Origin: Camelus dromedarius
Taxonomy: Eukaryota
Length of the DNA stretch: 64,000 nt
NCBI RefSeq assembly: GCF_036321535.1
Contig: NC_087437.1
Location: 16,122,001 to 16,186,000 of the forward strand
Direction of reading: 5' to 3'
Below are positions 23,971-37,400 of this stretch, in pieces. The first letter of the stretch is position 1, and every line of letters begins with the position of its first letter. Position numbers and translations under genes: made by a program. The notes under the pieces were generated by a model, which worked only from the letters and a program-made list of their open reading frames with translations, was not told the origin of the DNA and searched no databases.

Positions 23971-24889
23971 AATCCAGGATTTTTGTTACAAAGGAGTGAC
24001 TGACTGGTACACTGGTCCAAATGCAGGTTTTAATTTACCTGTGCTGCCGTTTTTATTAGGATTGTTGTGTTTTTGTTACATTTTGAGCGGTCTTCCTCAA
24101 ACACATTTTTTCCCCGTAGTCTCTGTTATTTTATTGTGCAATTTTTCAGAGTAGGGTTTTCATTTTCAATATATATATATGGCATTAGAGCAGAACAGCC
24201 TGTATTGGGAAATGAGTGCACTCAGTCACCTACAGGAAGCATGCTGCTTCAGGCATAATAAATAGTTGAACCGTCAGTAGATCTGACCATCTAAGACAAG
24301 GAATATTTTTAGAATTTTTAATGAAATCAAAATTAAAGCAATTATGTTAGAATGTATGTATGAATCAAAGGAAGGAACAATGTGAGTCACTAGAATGCTT
24401 TTCACCCCATGTGGTCGATTATGCCAGCTTCACATCCTAGGGTTTATAGAAATTGGGCTGGGGCACTGCTGGGGTGATGGGGAGACCGGGCCAGGCTCCA
24501 GACCATGGCCAAGCATCACCCCCAGCAGCTCCCCTCTTCTGTTTTAATTGAAGTTTTACTAAGGTTTCCTTTCAGGCAAGGGAAGTACAGTATTTGAAGA
24601 CTCTAGGTCATCAGATGTGATGACAGTGGGTCATGTTATGTGGTCAATATTTCTATTCCACAAATCATGCTTTTTCCAGGCCTGGAAGAGCCTCTACAGA
24701 CCATGCCCAATATTGGTCTTTAAGGAAGATTCAGGGAAATTTTATAATATTTTAGGAGCTTCAAAGTGAGGCTCTTGTCCATATTACATTTTCCTCACTG
24801 CCCACATTTGAGGCCATGATAGACATGCTTGGGGTGCTCCTCACTGGCGCCTCTGGAAGGACAACTTCAAAAGGAAGTACATTGTTTGG

Positions 24890-25600
24890 TCAAAAAACTC
24901 CTTTAGATATTCAATCAGTTAAAAAGGAGATTTTTAAGAGCTTTTTATTTAGATAACATTTCCCCCCTAAATTTAGTGAAGATGTCTAGACCATGAATAC
25001 GATTCTTAATTTTGTCCAAACCAACCTCTATGAGAAGTACCTGCCTTCCCGGACCTGCGGTCCAGAGTTGGGTCTTAGTCCTCATGTCTCTTCCGTCTCC
25101 TTGAGCTCCAGTCTGGAATATTTCCACTGTCTTTCTTTGTCTTTGATGACATTAACATATATCTATACATATATATTTTAAGAATATATCACTTTTTTAT
25201 TATTAAATAGAACATTCTTCCTTTGAGGTTTTTCTGGTGTTCCTCACAATCAAATTCAGGTTCTACATTCTTGGTCATAATCTCACATAAGTGGTGTGTG
25301 TCCTTTCTAGGGTATCACAGCTCAAGACGCATGATGTCCATCCACCCCTTGTGGGAGTTACTGGTTTTGATCACCCAGTGGAGGTTTTCTCCAAGTTCTC
25401 CAATGTATATTTACATGCAGTATATATTACATTTTTTTCCACTTATGACTGATAAGACAGCCTTTGTGAATATCCTGTTCTTCATCAAAACCCTGCATCC
25501 CTAGTTTTAGCATCCACTGATGATTCTTGTCTGAACCAGTCTGTATTATCATGGCTGCTAAATGACGTTTTTCCAACTCTAGCCACCAGGCCAGCACTTG
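24890..25600 (-). mobile_element. L1M (MC/MD-like) 3' fragment
   Basis: cagtctggaatatttccactgtctttctttgtctttgatgacattaaca..ttttagcatccactgatgattcttgtctgaacca..ttttccaactct. Confidence 0.65.
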
Positions 25601-26504
25601 TCATTGACAAGAAAATATGTTTGGATAATAGTTCTATAACCCAATCAAATGTTCCTTTGTCCTGCTTGGAAAGTCAACCTGATAACATTCTGAAGATCAC
25701 ATTCTGGATGATTTTTGCCCAGGAACTTTGGGAATGACCTTTAGCCAAAGATATTAGGATTCTCCTCTGTTCCCAAGTTGCCAACCCCTGTTTAAGGCAG
25801 TGACCTTTCAGACTGCTCTTGTCCCATCACTGTCTACTCTGCACACACCTTTGATGGAAATCGTCTGATTTACTTTAGGGGAGGGCAGAAGAGGAAGGAA
25901 GCAGACAAGCCCCAATCTGTCCCATAGATACGCTGGCTCATTAATTCCTGCTTCTCTGCCTCGTGCCTGCTCTGCTCCAGAGCTAGGATACCCTGCTCTC
26001 CATCTATCCTAGTCTCACCCATCCTTTGCCACAGGTAGTAAAATACAGCCCTGGAGGGCCCAGAAATGAACGTCTAAGAGGTCTCAGGGGATACTGAAAT
26101 GTTCCAGCAGGATGTCAAACACCTGGGAGGCTCCCCTGGGAGAGCCCAGATGAGCAGGTTCTGCTTACTGTGTGCAGAGGTCACAGATCTTGGGAATTTC
26201 TCAGGACTTCTCTTGACCTGTGATTGAGGATTATCTCCTGAACCTGTTGGGCTCCTACTAAACAGTGAACATGGGTTCCCCGGCCTTGGGAGACCATGTA
26301 TCTGGTGGAAATGGGAACTGTTTTTGAGAGGTTCACAGTTCACCAGCCACAGATAAAATGGGTTCTGAACACTCTTGAAAATAATGAGTCTTGGACTTCA
26401 GCAGGAGATGCTCCCATGACTCTCACAATTCCAGAATGTTCTGGAGCAGAGGCCCTGCAGTTCTAGGCAGAGCTTCAAGTCTATGGCAAGATTAGGAAAG
26501 CCCT

Positions 26505-27426
26505 AAGTCTGGTGAGTGAGGCTGGTGATAGCAACCACTGAGCACCACAGTGAGAGGGTCAAGTCCAGGGTTGGAGGAACAGACGCTGATGGGAAGAACC
26601 CAGCTGCCTTTGGGACAGCCATACGGTAAACCCATCCCCGAGCTCCTGTGGGCCCAAGCAGGACAGACAGGAAGTCAAAGATTGAGGGGTTTAGGCCCAC
26701 CAACTTGGGGGAAAGCTAAGTCTAGGAATGTGGGTTGTCTCCAGGAGTTGCTTTTCTAAGGAATGGGAAAACATAGCATAAATCCCAAAGTAGATCAGAA
26801 AACAGAGATTAGTCCAGAGAAAGGAAAGATAAGATGCAAGCAGCATTGACTAAAGTCGAAATCAAGCTGGGGTCCCAGCACATCCCAAGCCTGGGTTCTG
26901 TAGGGCCTGCCTAGGTAGGTCAACAGATTCTGAGGCCAAAAGAATGAGAGATTGGGAGCAACCATCTGCAACTCGGCCCAAGGTCCAGCCTCCGACATGC
27001 TCTTAACGCTACTCTTAAAGCGTGTACCTGCTTTCACGTCAGTGCCCTCCTCCAGGCTGTTCTGTGGCCCCTCAGAGCCTCTGTCACATGCCTCGTGGTC
27101 TCACTCAGCTCCTCCTTCATCTCTCCAATAGCTGGCCTGGCTTCTTCCTCTTTTATCACAGCATTCCTGAGCTTTTGTGTGCAGCTCAGTGTTTGTGGAG
27201 TGAATTAAGAAATTCATTAGCAAGTGACGCACATGTCCCTGGAGATCTGGCCAGTGTTGAATGGAGCAGGAGCCTGAGTACCCAGGGAGCCATGTGGCTG
27301 TCCCAAGGCAACTGGGCTCTTCACAGCGGGAGGAAGATACCTTTCAGTTCCTGCCCTTCCAACTTGGACTTGACCCTTCCCTGTGGCTCTTAGGGGCTGG
27401 TATCACCAGCCCCACCCACCAGACTT
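26505..27426. repeat. Diverged inverted repeat (arms 26505-26626 and 27290-27426)
   Basis: Arm 1 is aagtctggtgagtgaggctggtgata..ccacag..agggtcaagtcca..gttgga..gaagaacccagctgcctttgggacagcca. It aligns to the reverse complement of arm 2: aagtctggtgggtggggctggtgata..ccacag..agggtcaagtcca..gttgga..gaagagcccagttgccttgggacagcca. Confidence 0.85.
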
Positions 27427-27569
27427 GTACCCATCATAACCCCCACTCCCTCCCCTCACACCTGGGGAGGATGGATCCCAGAGGTGGCAGGGAGAAGGGG
27501 CCCATTGGTCCAAATTGAAACATCAGCCCATCTGGAAAAAAAAAAAAAGGAATCCAAAGTAGTCTCTAG

Positions 27570-28930
27570 GATGCTGATTTTAAAAATATTATGGATTTAT
27601 TTATAAAAGAAGTCTTAGAAATAAAAAAATAAAAGTGTGTTTCAAGTAAAAAGTGAAACAGACTCTCCCTTTCCACGTCCCAGAAGTCACTGCCATTAAG
27701 AGTTTGGTGTGTGTCCTTCCCAGCCTTATTGCGTGTATGTATTTATTTATATTTTTATGGTCTCAAAGATGGTCTCATACTATACTTTCCAAGCTCTTCA
27801 TCACCTTGCTTTGTCACTTAACAATGTATCATGAATATGACCTTTCCTCCCCTTAATACCTCGCTTCCCGCCTTTGAAACCTTTTTCTGTGCCCATGTGG
27901 GTTTCTCAGATCCTTTCTCAGGCATCCTGTATATGAATGAACTGTAGAAACTATTTAATAAGCTCCATTTGATGGCCGTCTTGGCAGCTTCTGATGTTGT
28001 ATTATTTCAAACAGTGCTTCAGTGAATATTCTGACATGGGTGTCTGCAACACTTGTATAGATAGTTCTGTAAAGTTAATGTCAAGAAAATGAATTGCTGG
28101 GCCAATGAATTTGCACATCTAAAAATTTTAAAAGGAATGTCAAAGCTAAAGAAAAATTTCAAAATAAGAATAATGCAAAAACACCCATGTAACCTGTGCC
28201 CACCGTTCTTCATCTATTATTATTATTTCATCCCGTTTCTTTATTATTTGCCTGCTGCCCACCAAAAGATGTTTTTTCCTAAACTCTTGGAAGACATGCT
28301 GTATACATCATGGCTTTCTAGCCCCATGAAGCATCCCACATACCTCAGTGTGTATTTTTGTATTTCCTAAGAAGAGGAATTTTCTCTTAATAACTGTAAC
28401 AGTACAGTTATCAGCTTTGGTAAGTTAACATGGATAAAATGCTTTTATCGAATCTACTGTCTGTGCTCTAATACTGGTAACTGACCCCCAAATGTCCTTT
28501 TTAGCATTTTTTCCTTCTTCTTTCCTTCAGATGTTGCATTTCATTGTGATGTAGGTAAAGTCTCTTTTAATCTGGAACATTTTCACAGCCTTTCTTTGTT
28601 TTTTATGATATTGATACTTTAAAAGCATACTCCCCTTTTTTAATAGAAGCATCCTCATTTGGGGTTTGTCCGACCTCGCCTTGTGACTAGACCCAGGCTA
28701 TGCATTATGCATTACCAAAATGATGCTGTTCGCTTCTTGGGGTCCCACATCTGAGTGCATGATGTTCATCTGCCCCTCCTGGTGATGTTAAGAACTGCAT
28801 ATTTTAAATTTTGGTAGAAAAATTTGATTTCCCAAAACTTGTTTTGGCAATTTGTACTCCTGCCACATTTTGTGAGATTTCCCCACACCCCCAGCCCCTC
28901 GCTCATATGGGGTACCGCCAGTGTCCTTAA
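27570..28930 (-). mobile_element. Nested old L1M 3' fragments
   Basis: ttgctttgtcacttaacaatgtatcatgaa..gttgcatttcattgtgatgt..tctcttttaatctggaacatttt..cctcatttggggtttgtc. Confidence 0.6.
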
Positions 28931-31900
28931 CCTATTCCCTGTCAGTACACTGTGCTTGTGAATGCTTTATTTTAAATGGAAAGCAGTACTTTTCCCCGCC
29001 CCGTCATTTCACTTTGAGATACACTTTAGTATTCTTATGTCTCGACAAAGCTTCTCCAAACATCAAAAATGCGGTAGACTCACATGGCCTTTTGTATCCC
29101 CAAACTCACTGGGGCTTGGACGGTTTGGGGGTGATGCTGGCCCAGCTGGGATGGGACCCTTGGCTGAGAGTGTGGGGCTCCATACTCTGTAAAAGTAAAA
29201 CAGAAGCCAATCCATTTTCCCCCCTTTGGAAGAGAAATGATGTCACCTGCCCTCCGTACACGGGGACATTTATCTACATTTATCTTTCCATCTTCTTTCC
29301 CATTATCTGCTATGAAGAAAAAGCAATGGGGCTGGGAACTGGAAGACAGATTTCAAGTGCCTCCCCCCAACTTTCTATCAGGTGCAGACCCATGGCCACC
29401 TCCTTGTCTCCCCTGGATCACATAACTGATGAGGAAGGAACTCAGGAAGGAGCTGGCCTCCCCACCAGTGGTCAGTGGGGCTGGCCCCGCCCTCCCCACC
29501 ATCCCTCACTGCCACCAGAGAGGACAGGCGGCTGGGAAAACAGGGCTCCTGCCGGGAGGCGGCTGAACAGCCTCGCTCACATACCTCACACTCTGGCAGC
29601 ATCAGCGAACAGCTCCTCATGCGCCCCTCTGAGATAATTAAGCATTATTATCCCTATTGGCAGGTGGAGACGGTAAGACAGAGTGGTTAAGTGACTTGGT
29701 TATAACTGCCGGGACTGTTGGAGGGAGAAGCCGTGCCAAGAAGGGAGTGCAGCTCAGGGGGCCAGAAGAACTTAAGCTATTTAATGTGACTGATGATTTT
29801 TAAATAGCTGTTGGAGGGTGGGGGTGGGGAGAGAAGCTAGTGGACATTGGTGACATTGGTGAGACACCAACAATTACACTGGAAATAAGGGCTAGACTCA
29901 GGATACCTATGAAAATGGATTGCCACAGTCTGTCAGCTGCTTCCAGAAGAGGATGGAAAACACTGACAGCCTTAGTGAACTCAGTGAGGACAAGGAATAA
30001 GCCCCACAGGCTTCCCACAGAGCTGGACAGAGGTCCCCAGGATGGCTGTGCAGACAGACGTCCACCTGACCAGCAGCCCCACCTCTCACTGCCGGTGCCC
30101 TGCCCCATTACCATGGGAACCCTACCTCAGGGTGGCAGGAAGCCCCAGGGGTCTCTGTGCACAGGGGCAGGAATGGAATGGGAGAAGGGTGGGTGCCTGA
30201 GGGTCAGGGGCAGACACTTGGGGCAAAGGTAGGAGAGTTGTCACCGCCTGTTGACAGAGACAGGAACCATGGAGACCTGGGGACAAGTGGGCAAGCCCAG
30301 GGGTCACTGGCGAGGCAGACAGATTGACTAGAAAAGAAGAGAACAGCTGTGGTCTCTAAGGGTGGGGTTGATGGGCAGCAGTGAAGCAGTGGTGATGGGG
30401 GCTCCAGTAAAAGCATAATCCTTCCATGTTCCAAGAAGCAGTGGATACACACTGGACTGGCCCAGGTTGGGAAGAGTAGAGAGCAGGGTGACCATCTAGC
30501 CGCCTCCTCGGCCCTTCCCATCCCTGTTTCCTGGTCCTCCCCACCAGCCTTGCCATTCCAAGGGACTAGAGGCTCACCCTCCCCACCCCACCCCCTTGGG
30601 GGCAGGGAATATTCCTGTTTCAGCAGCAGGAAGAAAACATCCTTGCTCACCAGGTCCTTGACAGGGACTGGCTCCCTCCCCAAGTTACCAGCAGTCCACC
30701 CTCTGGGTAGGCAAAGTGTAGAGAATCTAAAGCCCACGGGACTAGTTAATCTAAACACTCTTTCCACGGAGTACACCAGGAGAGAGCAAGCCCCACCATC
30801 CCTGACTATTACCACTGCAGGATTCCCTGCACAGCGCCCTCCTCGGGGCAGAAGTGGTATTGTTCCGTTCCCAGCTACAGACCCTGGGCTCACCCAGAGA
30901 GGGTACCCACTGCCTGCTGGTCTAATGAGTGAAGGCAGTTGGTAAATAATTTAGCCCTGTCTCTGCACTCTTTCTTTTAAATTATAGGCTCAAGAAACAC
31001 TGTATGATAATATAAACATATACATACGCATGTTATATATATATAAAATGTTGACATCTCAGCCATCAGGGTTTAATTTTGGGGGTGAGTGGTAAAAGAC
31101 AGCTGTTTGCCCTGATGGTATAGTACAGAGAAACAAACATCTGTTTGGTTGAAAAACAGGGTTTTGTTTCTTTTTTCCAGCTGGGAAACGTCACCAAGTG
31201 GCCTTTCTGTTCTTCACACATGAAACACACACTATCATCTGCATATTTTTAGTTAATTTATGTCCAATGGGCCTTTCTTTCTCTCGCTGCTGGAAAATGA
31301 TGTTTGGGCTGCAATTACCTTTCACAGCATCTCGCAGAAGGGTTTCAGCGCTCACAAAGCTCAGGGGGGAGGCAGTGCGGACCCCACTGACTGTAAATCT
31401 CTCCATTTGTGGCTATTCAAATCACATATTTTATCACTAGTACGAAATACATTGTGTCATTCATTTTGGAGGAGCCGCTAATGCTTTAAGAAAAGCTTTG
31501 AAAAACATTCTGTTTAGAAACAATTTTGTCTGCAGCCAGTGCAATGTGTCTTTTTGGGTTGTATTTTCTCCCAGCCCCTTTTCTCTGTTCGTTGTGCAAT
31601 TTGCATGACAAATAAGACCATCCTCTCCAAAAGCTCACCTGTTCCCACAGCCTGTTTCCCACCTAAAGTTCTAATTCTCTGTATGTTGCATCATAATCCT
31701 TAGCCTGGTAATAAATTATAGTGTCACCATCAAGATCGTGGCTTCTGGAAAGAAATAAGCAGCAGGGCCAGATGAACTCTCTCAGAAGATGGAGAGACTG
31801 TTTTCATGCAAATTCCTGGCATCCTGGGGAACTGGGAACTGCCTCTTTATTATATAGGCTCAGTTGCAATCCAGCAGCCAGAAGCCATTTCCACTGGCTG

Positions 31901-32627
31901 TTAGAAGCTGGTTACGCTCAGAGAAAGATAACCTTTCAGGAAGAAACTTCTCTTCCTTCCGACTGATATGGGTCTTATCTGGAAAAATCACTTTGCTGAT
32001 TAGGTTGGGGAAAATGGGTCAGTGTACTTTCAGGGTGCTTTTAAATGGCGACATTCCTCCTAAAAGATCTTCTTAATTTAACACATAGAATCATGTTAAG
32101 TCTCTGGGTCCAAGGCAGTGGACAGCGAGGGAGGCGTGTCCCATGGATGTACCCAGAGGGCAGAGCCATCTCTGTCCCACCTGCGTAGCAGGGCTGCTCA
32201 GAGCCTTTACCAAGGCTGGTCACTCACATGGTCAAGACGGTCACTGCCCCAAGGGGAGTGCTCAACCTGCCACTCCAGAGGGACACTTGCTGTATGTGAT
32301 GCAAACTTCACCCCAGTTCACCCTCCATTTCCCTTGGGCCATGGATACACTTGACAGAAACTATGATGAAGCCAATTCATTGCCTTTTTAAAACCCATCA
32401 TTTTATGATCTTTTGAGGTTCCGTGCAGTGAGGCAGATGCTTGCTGTACATACAGCCACCTGTCCCCTCACCCATAGCAGGCACTGCCCATCAGTCATGG
32501 CAGCATTCCTAGCTGAGCTTCAGATGAAGCCTCAGAATCCTTCCCAACCCAGCCATTACCAATGACCAGAGCTGGTCATCAAGATGAGACCTCACTCAGT
32601 CCATGACTTATACTGGATTGTTCTATA

Positions 32628-33000
32628 CCAGTGGTTCTCAAAGTATGGGAACCACGCTGAGAGTTTGTTAGAAATATAATTCTCAAATCCCAGGTAGCAC
32701 ATTTGAACTAGCACATTGGAAAGTTCAGGGTAAGGCCCTGGGATGTGTGTTTTAACAAGGCTTCCAGGAGACTGTGATGCACACTCAAATTTAAGAGTCA
32801 CGGATACAGTCCAGTTGTTGTGGCTAACGGCTGCGCATTACGGTCACATGAAGCATGTTCAAACTTCCCAGTGCTCGGGCACCACACCCAGAGATTCTGA
32901 ATAAATTAGAGCACCCATTGGTATTTAAAAAATAATAAGAATAATCTTCCGCAGAGTGATTGCAGTGGATAGTCAAGCTTGAGAAGCACAGGCTAGGTGT
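32628..33000. mobile_element. MER5-like hAT-Charlie MITEs (two adjacent decayed copies)
   Basis: cagtggttctcaaagt..tgtgttttaacaag..gtgatgcacactcaaatttaagagtcac; the second copy has cccagagattctga..gtgatt..caagcttgagaagcac. Confidence 0.65.
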
Positions 33001-33493
33001 TCTGGGGATGCCAGGAAAAGGGATGTTGACATGGCCTTCAGCTAGTGTTGTGTAATTGGGATGCAGCTACCCGGACCTGGAGTGGCCACCTGGGTCTGTG
33101 GGCAGAGTGAGGGTGGGTTCCCCTCAGGCGTGTCATGCTCTTCACGAGTAGGAGTAGTGATGTGGCTCCAGCATCGTCAGCATACCTGCTTTCTGATTAT
33201 CATCCTCGTGACCACATCAGTGGAAGTGCCACAGTCCTGTCCCTTGAAGTCCCCACCCCACAGCACTCACATGGCTAAGCAAAGGGCAGTCCTTCAAGAT
33301 GCAGACTGCCCTGGGGCCAATCAACAACACTGAAGAAGTTTTACAGAGGGCCCTGTGGCGTATCTGCTAGGCTTCCACCTAAATGTTAGAGGTTTCCCTC
33401 ACTCCCAAATCCCACTGCACTGTAACAGCATCTCAGGGTGGATCTGCCACGAGGGAACTTAGACTAGTGCCTGATAAAATTGTATATACTCAC

Positions 33494-34492
33494 TGTGTTC
33501 GTTTCCTGGGGCTGCTGTAAGAAAGTAGCACAAATTGGGTGGCTTTAAACAGCAGGAATGTTTTCTTTCCCAGCTCGGGAGGCTAGAAGTCCAAAATCAA
33601 GATGTTGTCTGGGTCATGCTCCCTCCAAAGGCCCCAGGAAAGAATCTGGTCCATGCTTCTCTCCTCATTTCTGGTGGTTGCTGGCAATCCTTGCCGTTCC
33701 TCGGCTTGCAGATACATCACTCCAATCCCTGCCTCCATCTTCACTTGGTTTTCTCTCCTATGTCTCTCTGTCTTCACATGGCCTTCTTACAAGGACACCA
33801 GTCGTTGAATTTAGGGCCCACTCTTATCCAGTATGACCTCTTACTTGCTAATGTTACTGAACAAAGGCCTGGCTGCCTGATGATCATTGAAGCCAAAACT
33901 ACGGCACTGACATTTAAGAAAAGGAAAAGCTTTATTGCGAGGTCAACTGGCAGGGAGACAGGAAGCAAGGCTCTCAAATCTCTCTCCCTGAACCAGGGTT
34001 TGTTACACTTTTATAGGTAGGGAAGGAGGGTTGGTATGCAGAAGCGCTGACTGGGCAGGTTTTGATAGAGAACTTTAAAGCTTGAACTCTGATGGTGGTA
34101 CATGGTTACTGTAAGTGGTAAAGAAGGTTCAGCACCAGGTCTTCGTGGACAGCGGACACTTACCTTCTGAAAAAGCTCAGGCTTTTAGGTTCCAGTCCTC
34201 TCCTGGTCTTTTGGTTCTGTAGGGTGGGGACACTTTGGCTCCAGGTGTTATATGAGGTCAAAAATTTCTCCTCTGTGTATGCTTCGGCTGCACGACTTGC
34301 ATTTTTGTTCTGTTGTCTCTGAAAAACAACTTAGCATCTTGTTAGAAAGAGGATAGGGCTGGTTTGGGGCTGGTTCTGTGGCTACAATTATATCCCCAGT
34401 GACCAGATTTCCAAATAAGGTCACATGTACTGATACAGGAGGTTAGAATTTGAACCTATCTTTTGGAGGGGAACAGAATTCAACTCACAACA
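33494..34492 (-). mobile_element. MaLR solo LTR, MLT1C-like, split by a nested LTR (parts 33494-33851 and 34387-34492)
   Basis: TG...CA ends; near-TSD ctcac/ctcag. Motifs gaggctagaagtccaaaatcaag, ggcaatccttg, aaggacaccagtc, tttagggccca, resuming with tttccaaataaggtcaca after the insert. Confidence 0.88.
33852..34386 (-). mobile_element. Solo ERV LTR (ERV1-like, ~535 bp) nested in the MLT1
   Basis: Starts TG and ends CA, and exactly interrupts the MLT1. The minus strand has TATAAAA (34009-34015) followed by AATAAA (33931-33936), in U3-R order. No clean TSD is visible. Confidence 0.75.
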
Positions 34493-37400
34493 CTCAGTAA
34501 ATTCTTGTTTAATGGTAACAATAATATCCTGATTGGTTTACCTATTTATCATGTTGGGTCTTCAAAACAACCCCAGTATGTTTTGTATATTATAAACCTA
34601 TTTGAGACTGAGCATTACAAAATTTAGAGCCATTGCATGATGCTCTGGGTCATAAACCTATCACTTCAAGGGGCTTCCACATGCAGCAAGATTCCAAGGA
34701 TTCTGTGATCATCATACTCAATATTCATGAACATCTCACACGTGGTGGTGGAGAAAAATACTGTAGCATTGCCCAGACACACAGAAGCTTAATCCTTATG
34801 GGCATCTCTAGGGTAAGAAACTAGCAAGGGAAATCGGTCCTATGCTTCAACTTTGGTCTGGAAAATTCCACAGTTGGATGGGTTCTAGAACCAAAGCTAT
34901 GAGCTGTGACTATCTTAATGTCACTGTGGCTGGTGAGGGCTGGCTGGGTGGCATTGGGGGTATCCATTGCTCCTTAATAGTGGGACTGGGTCTCATCACT
35001 GCCAGGCTCCAAGCAGGGAGCTGGGCAGAGTGGGTGCTACATTGGATGCTTGTTGCAGGCTGGCTGAGGCTGAGGGACTGAAGTGCCTCTAGGCTGAGAC
35101 TTTCCACCTGTTGGCATCACTCCTGGTGACAGGTGTGGGTTATCAGCAGGTGACCCTGAAGATGGCTGGGTTAGAATTAATCTGCTGCCAGATATCATCT
35201 CCTAATTTATCAAATTACACACACATGTTAAGTTATGGCATGATTATTCCAGAGCAAACTTTTAGAGATGTCAAACTTTTGAAGAATTTCTTGCACACAG
35301 CCATTCAATGCCAAGCTTTGCCAGGAAGGTCAGTATGTGGAGGACACCGATGACAGTGAGGCGCCTCCCCCTTCTCCCCTCCCCACACACCAACAGTGAC
35401 CCCCAGCTGCAGCTCTGGGGAACCTGGTCCCTGCAGAATGCAGCATCCTTGGGGCATGAGGTCATCTGGTGCTGGGAGAAGCTCCGTGCAGGGGCCGATG
35501 CTCTCTTCAAGCCCTGTGTCAGCCCCTCTTGCCCACGTGGGTGCTGAATCCTTCCAGTGAGCCTCCCCTATTCTCCACCCCCTGAGGGTTCTTCCCTCAT
35601 GTTTCCTCCGATCCAACAGAGCCAACCACCCCTTCCCTATCCCCCTTCCTCACACCTGCATCGGCAAGAGCCAGGACCCTCAGAGCACTTAGCCGTCACA
35701 GGAATGCCCTGGCCTTGGGCCTTCTGGTCCAGACTTCTCTTCCGGCAGGAGGACCTTTCTCACAGGCAGAAGCCGTGGAGGCTGCAACACTGTCCCACTT
35801 CCTTTTCTTCTAATCCCCTGCGTGGGGATGGTCTCCATCCTCTAAATGAATAGATTTCCTTTCACATAATTGAAGACAGGTTAAATAACCATCATTGTAG
35901 TTACCTCTGAGCATCAGAAGGTAATGCCAGCAGTATGATGTTTGAAAAGCCGAGAGAAAATGCGAAAACTCCCTGGAAGGAAAGCGCCCATCCCCGTGCT
36001 CCCCCTGCTGCCTCGGAGGTCAGCATCCCCTGCTGTCTTGGTGGAGAGCCGGTTGTGATAAGCTGTCACCTGCCTGTCCCGGGCTGCTCTTCTGAAAGGC
36101 TCTGCCACCTGCTGGGTTGGAGGAGGGGTGGTGACAGGCCAGGCTCTGTGTTCAGCGAGGCCCGACAGCGCAAGGTGGCAGGAGGGCTGGGGCGCCTTGC
36201 CAGCCGGCCTGGCCCCACCACCTAACGTGCCAGAGGGAGGACACCACAGCTGTCACTGGCGGTCCCTGGGGTCCACTCCAGACTTGGCAGAGAGGACACC
36301 TTCAGACTCCCAAATCGCCTCTTGGAAATTCAGAAGAGCCACACTTTCCTCTCACCCACCTCCTTCTTTGACACAAACAGCCACACAAAAGAGAAGCCCA
36401 GGCTCTCTTTTAGCCACAGATCCACACGGCCAAGGTTTCTCTTTGTCTCTCCCTCCCTCGCACACATAGTGAGTGAGAGAGAACTTTCCACGTCTCTCTC
36501 ACACACACACTCACACTCGTGCTAATTCAACTCCTGCTGTCTCACCCCATATAACCCAGGATTCAGAGGGACCAGAAATCCCTCTCCTCTGGGGGAGCCC
36601 CTGGCCCCCGCTAGGTGAGACATCACCCCCTTCCCTAATGGGGACACACAACGTGGGGTCTCTGGGCTGTGGGACACTGGCCTCAGGTGTTTGACAAATC
36701 CTGGTCCCCTGAATTTTTCACCTCCCTTCTGAGCCATGGTACCACGGAGAGAAAACCAGCAAATTCTTTCATGTTTGGGTGGGTGGGGGGATGGTGGGCA
36801 GAGAACAGAGCCTCCGGTTGCCTCCGCCACCCAAGCCTGCCCTCCGGGCATTTGTCACGTTGCTGGCATTTGAGCGGAGGACGCGTCCCACCACAAAAGC
36901 CTGCCACCATCCGAGGGGGTGGCAATCAGGGCTGTCTTCTTTGCAGAGAGCTGGATGTGAGCCTGTGGAGGTCAGGACCACACCGCCTTTCTTCCCCCCA
37001 GACCCCGGGTAGGAAACCAGATAAAAATACACTTTGCAGTTCACTCCCTTTTCTCTCGTCCATGCTCAGATTAACCACTTATACATTTTTTAAGGTATTT
37101 TTGCTGAAGTCCAACACGTATCTCTGGTGATTTGAACAGATCGTGAGAATGGTCAGTATAAAAATAGCCTCCTTGCACCAAGGCCTGAGATGGACAAGAG
37201 GGGAGCGAGGGAGGTGCGGGTCTCATGCATTATGCAAGCAGAGCCCAGGCCTCGCAACGGGGCCGAGCGAGTGAAGTCCGGTATTTGGCGTGAAGAATTG
37301 AAAATGAGGAACATATTTGCTCTAGAGAATGCTGAACTCTACCCCCATAAGAGGCATCTGTGCCCTACAGAATGCCTCCTGATCTCTCATCCTGTCTTTA

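Noticed and set aside
28921..29637. 238-aa ORF, the longest in the track
   Set aside because: GTG start, no recognisable domain, begins at the edge of decayed L1 sequence and has intron-like composition.
30204..30893. 229-aa minus-strand ORF
   Set aside because: No recognisable motif or supporting gene structure; expected by chance in GC-rich intron.
33535..34020. 161-aa ORF
   Set aside because: It lies wholly within LTR sequence and crosses the MLT1/ERV junction.
36469..36506. 13/14-bp hairpin gtgagtgagagaga / tctctctcacacac as a possible miRNA precursor
   Set aside because: The pairing comes from GA/TC and GT/AC dinucleotide low complexity, and the stem is too short.
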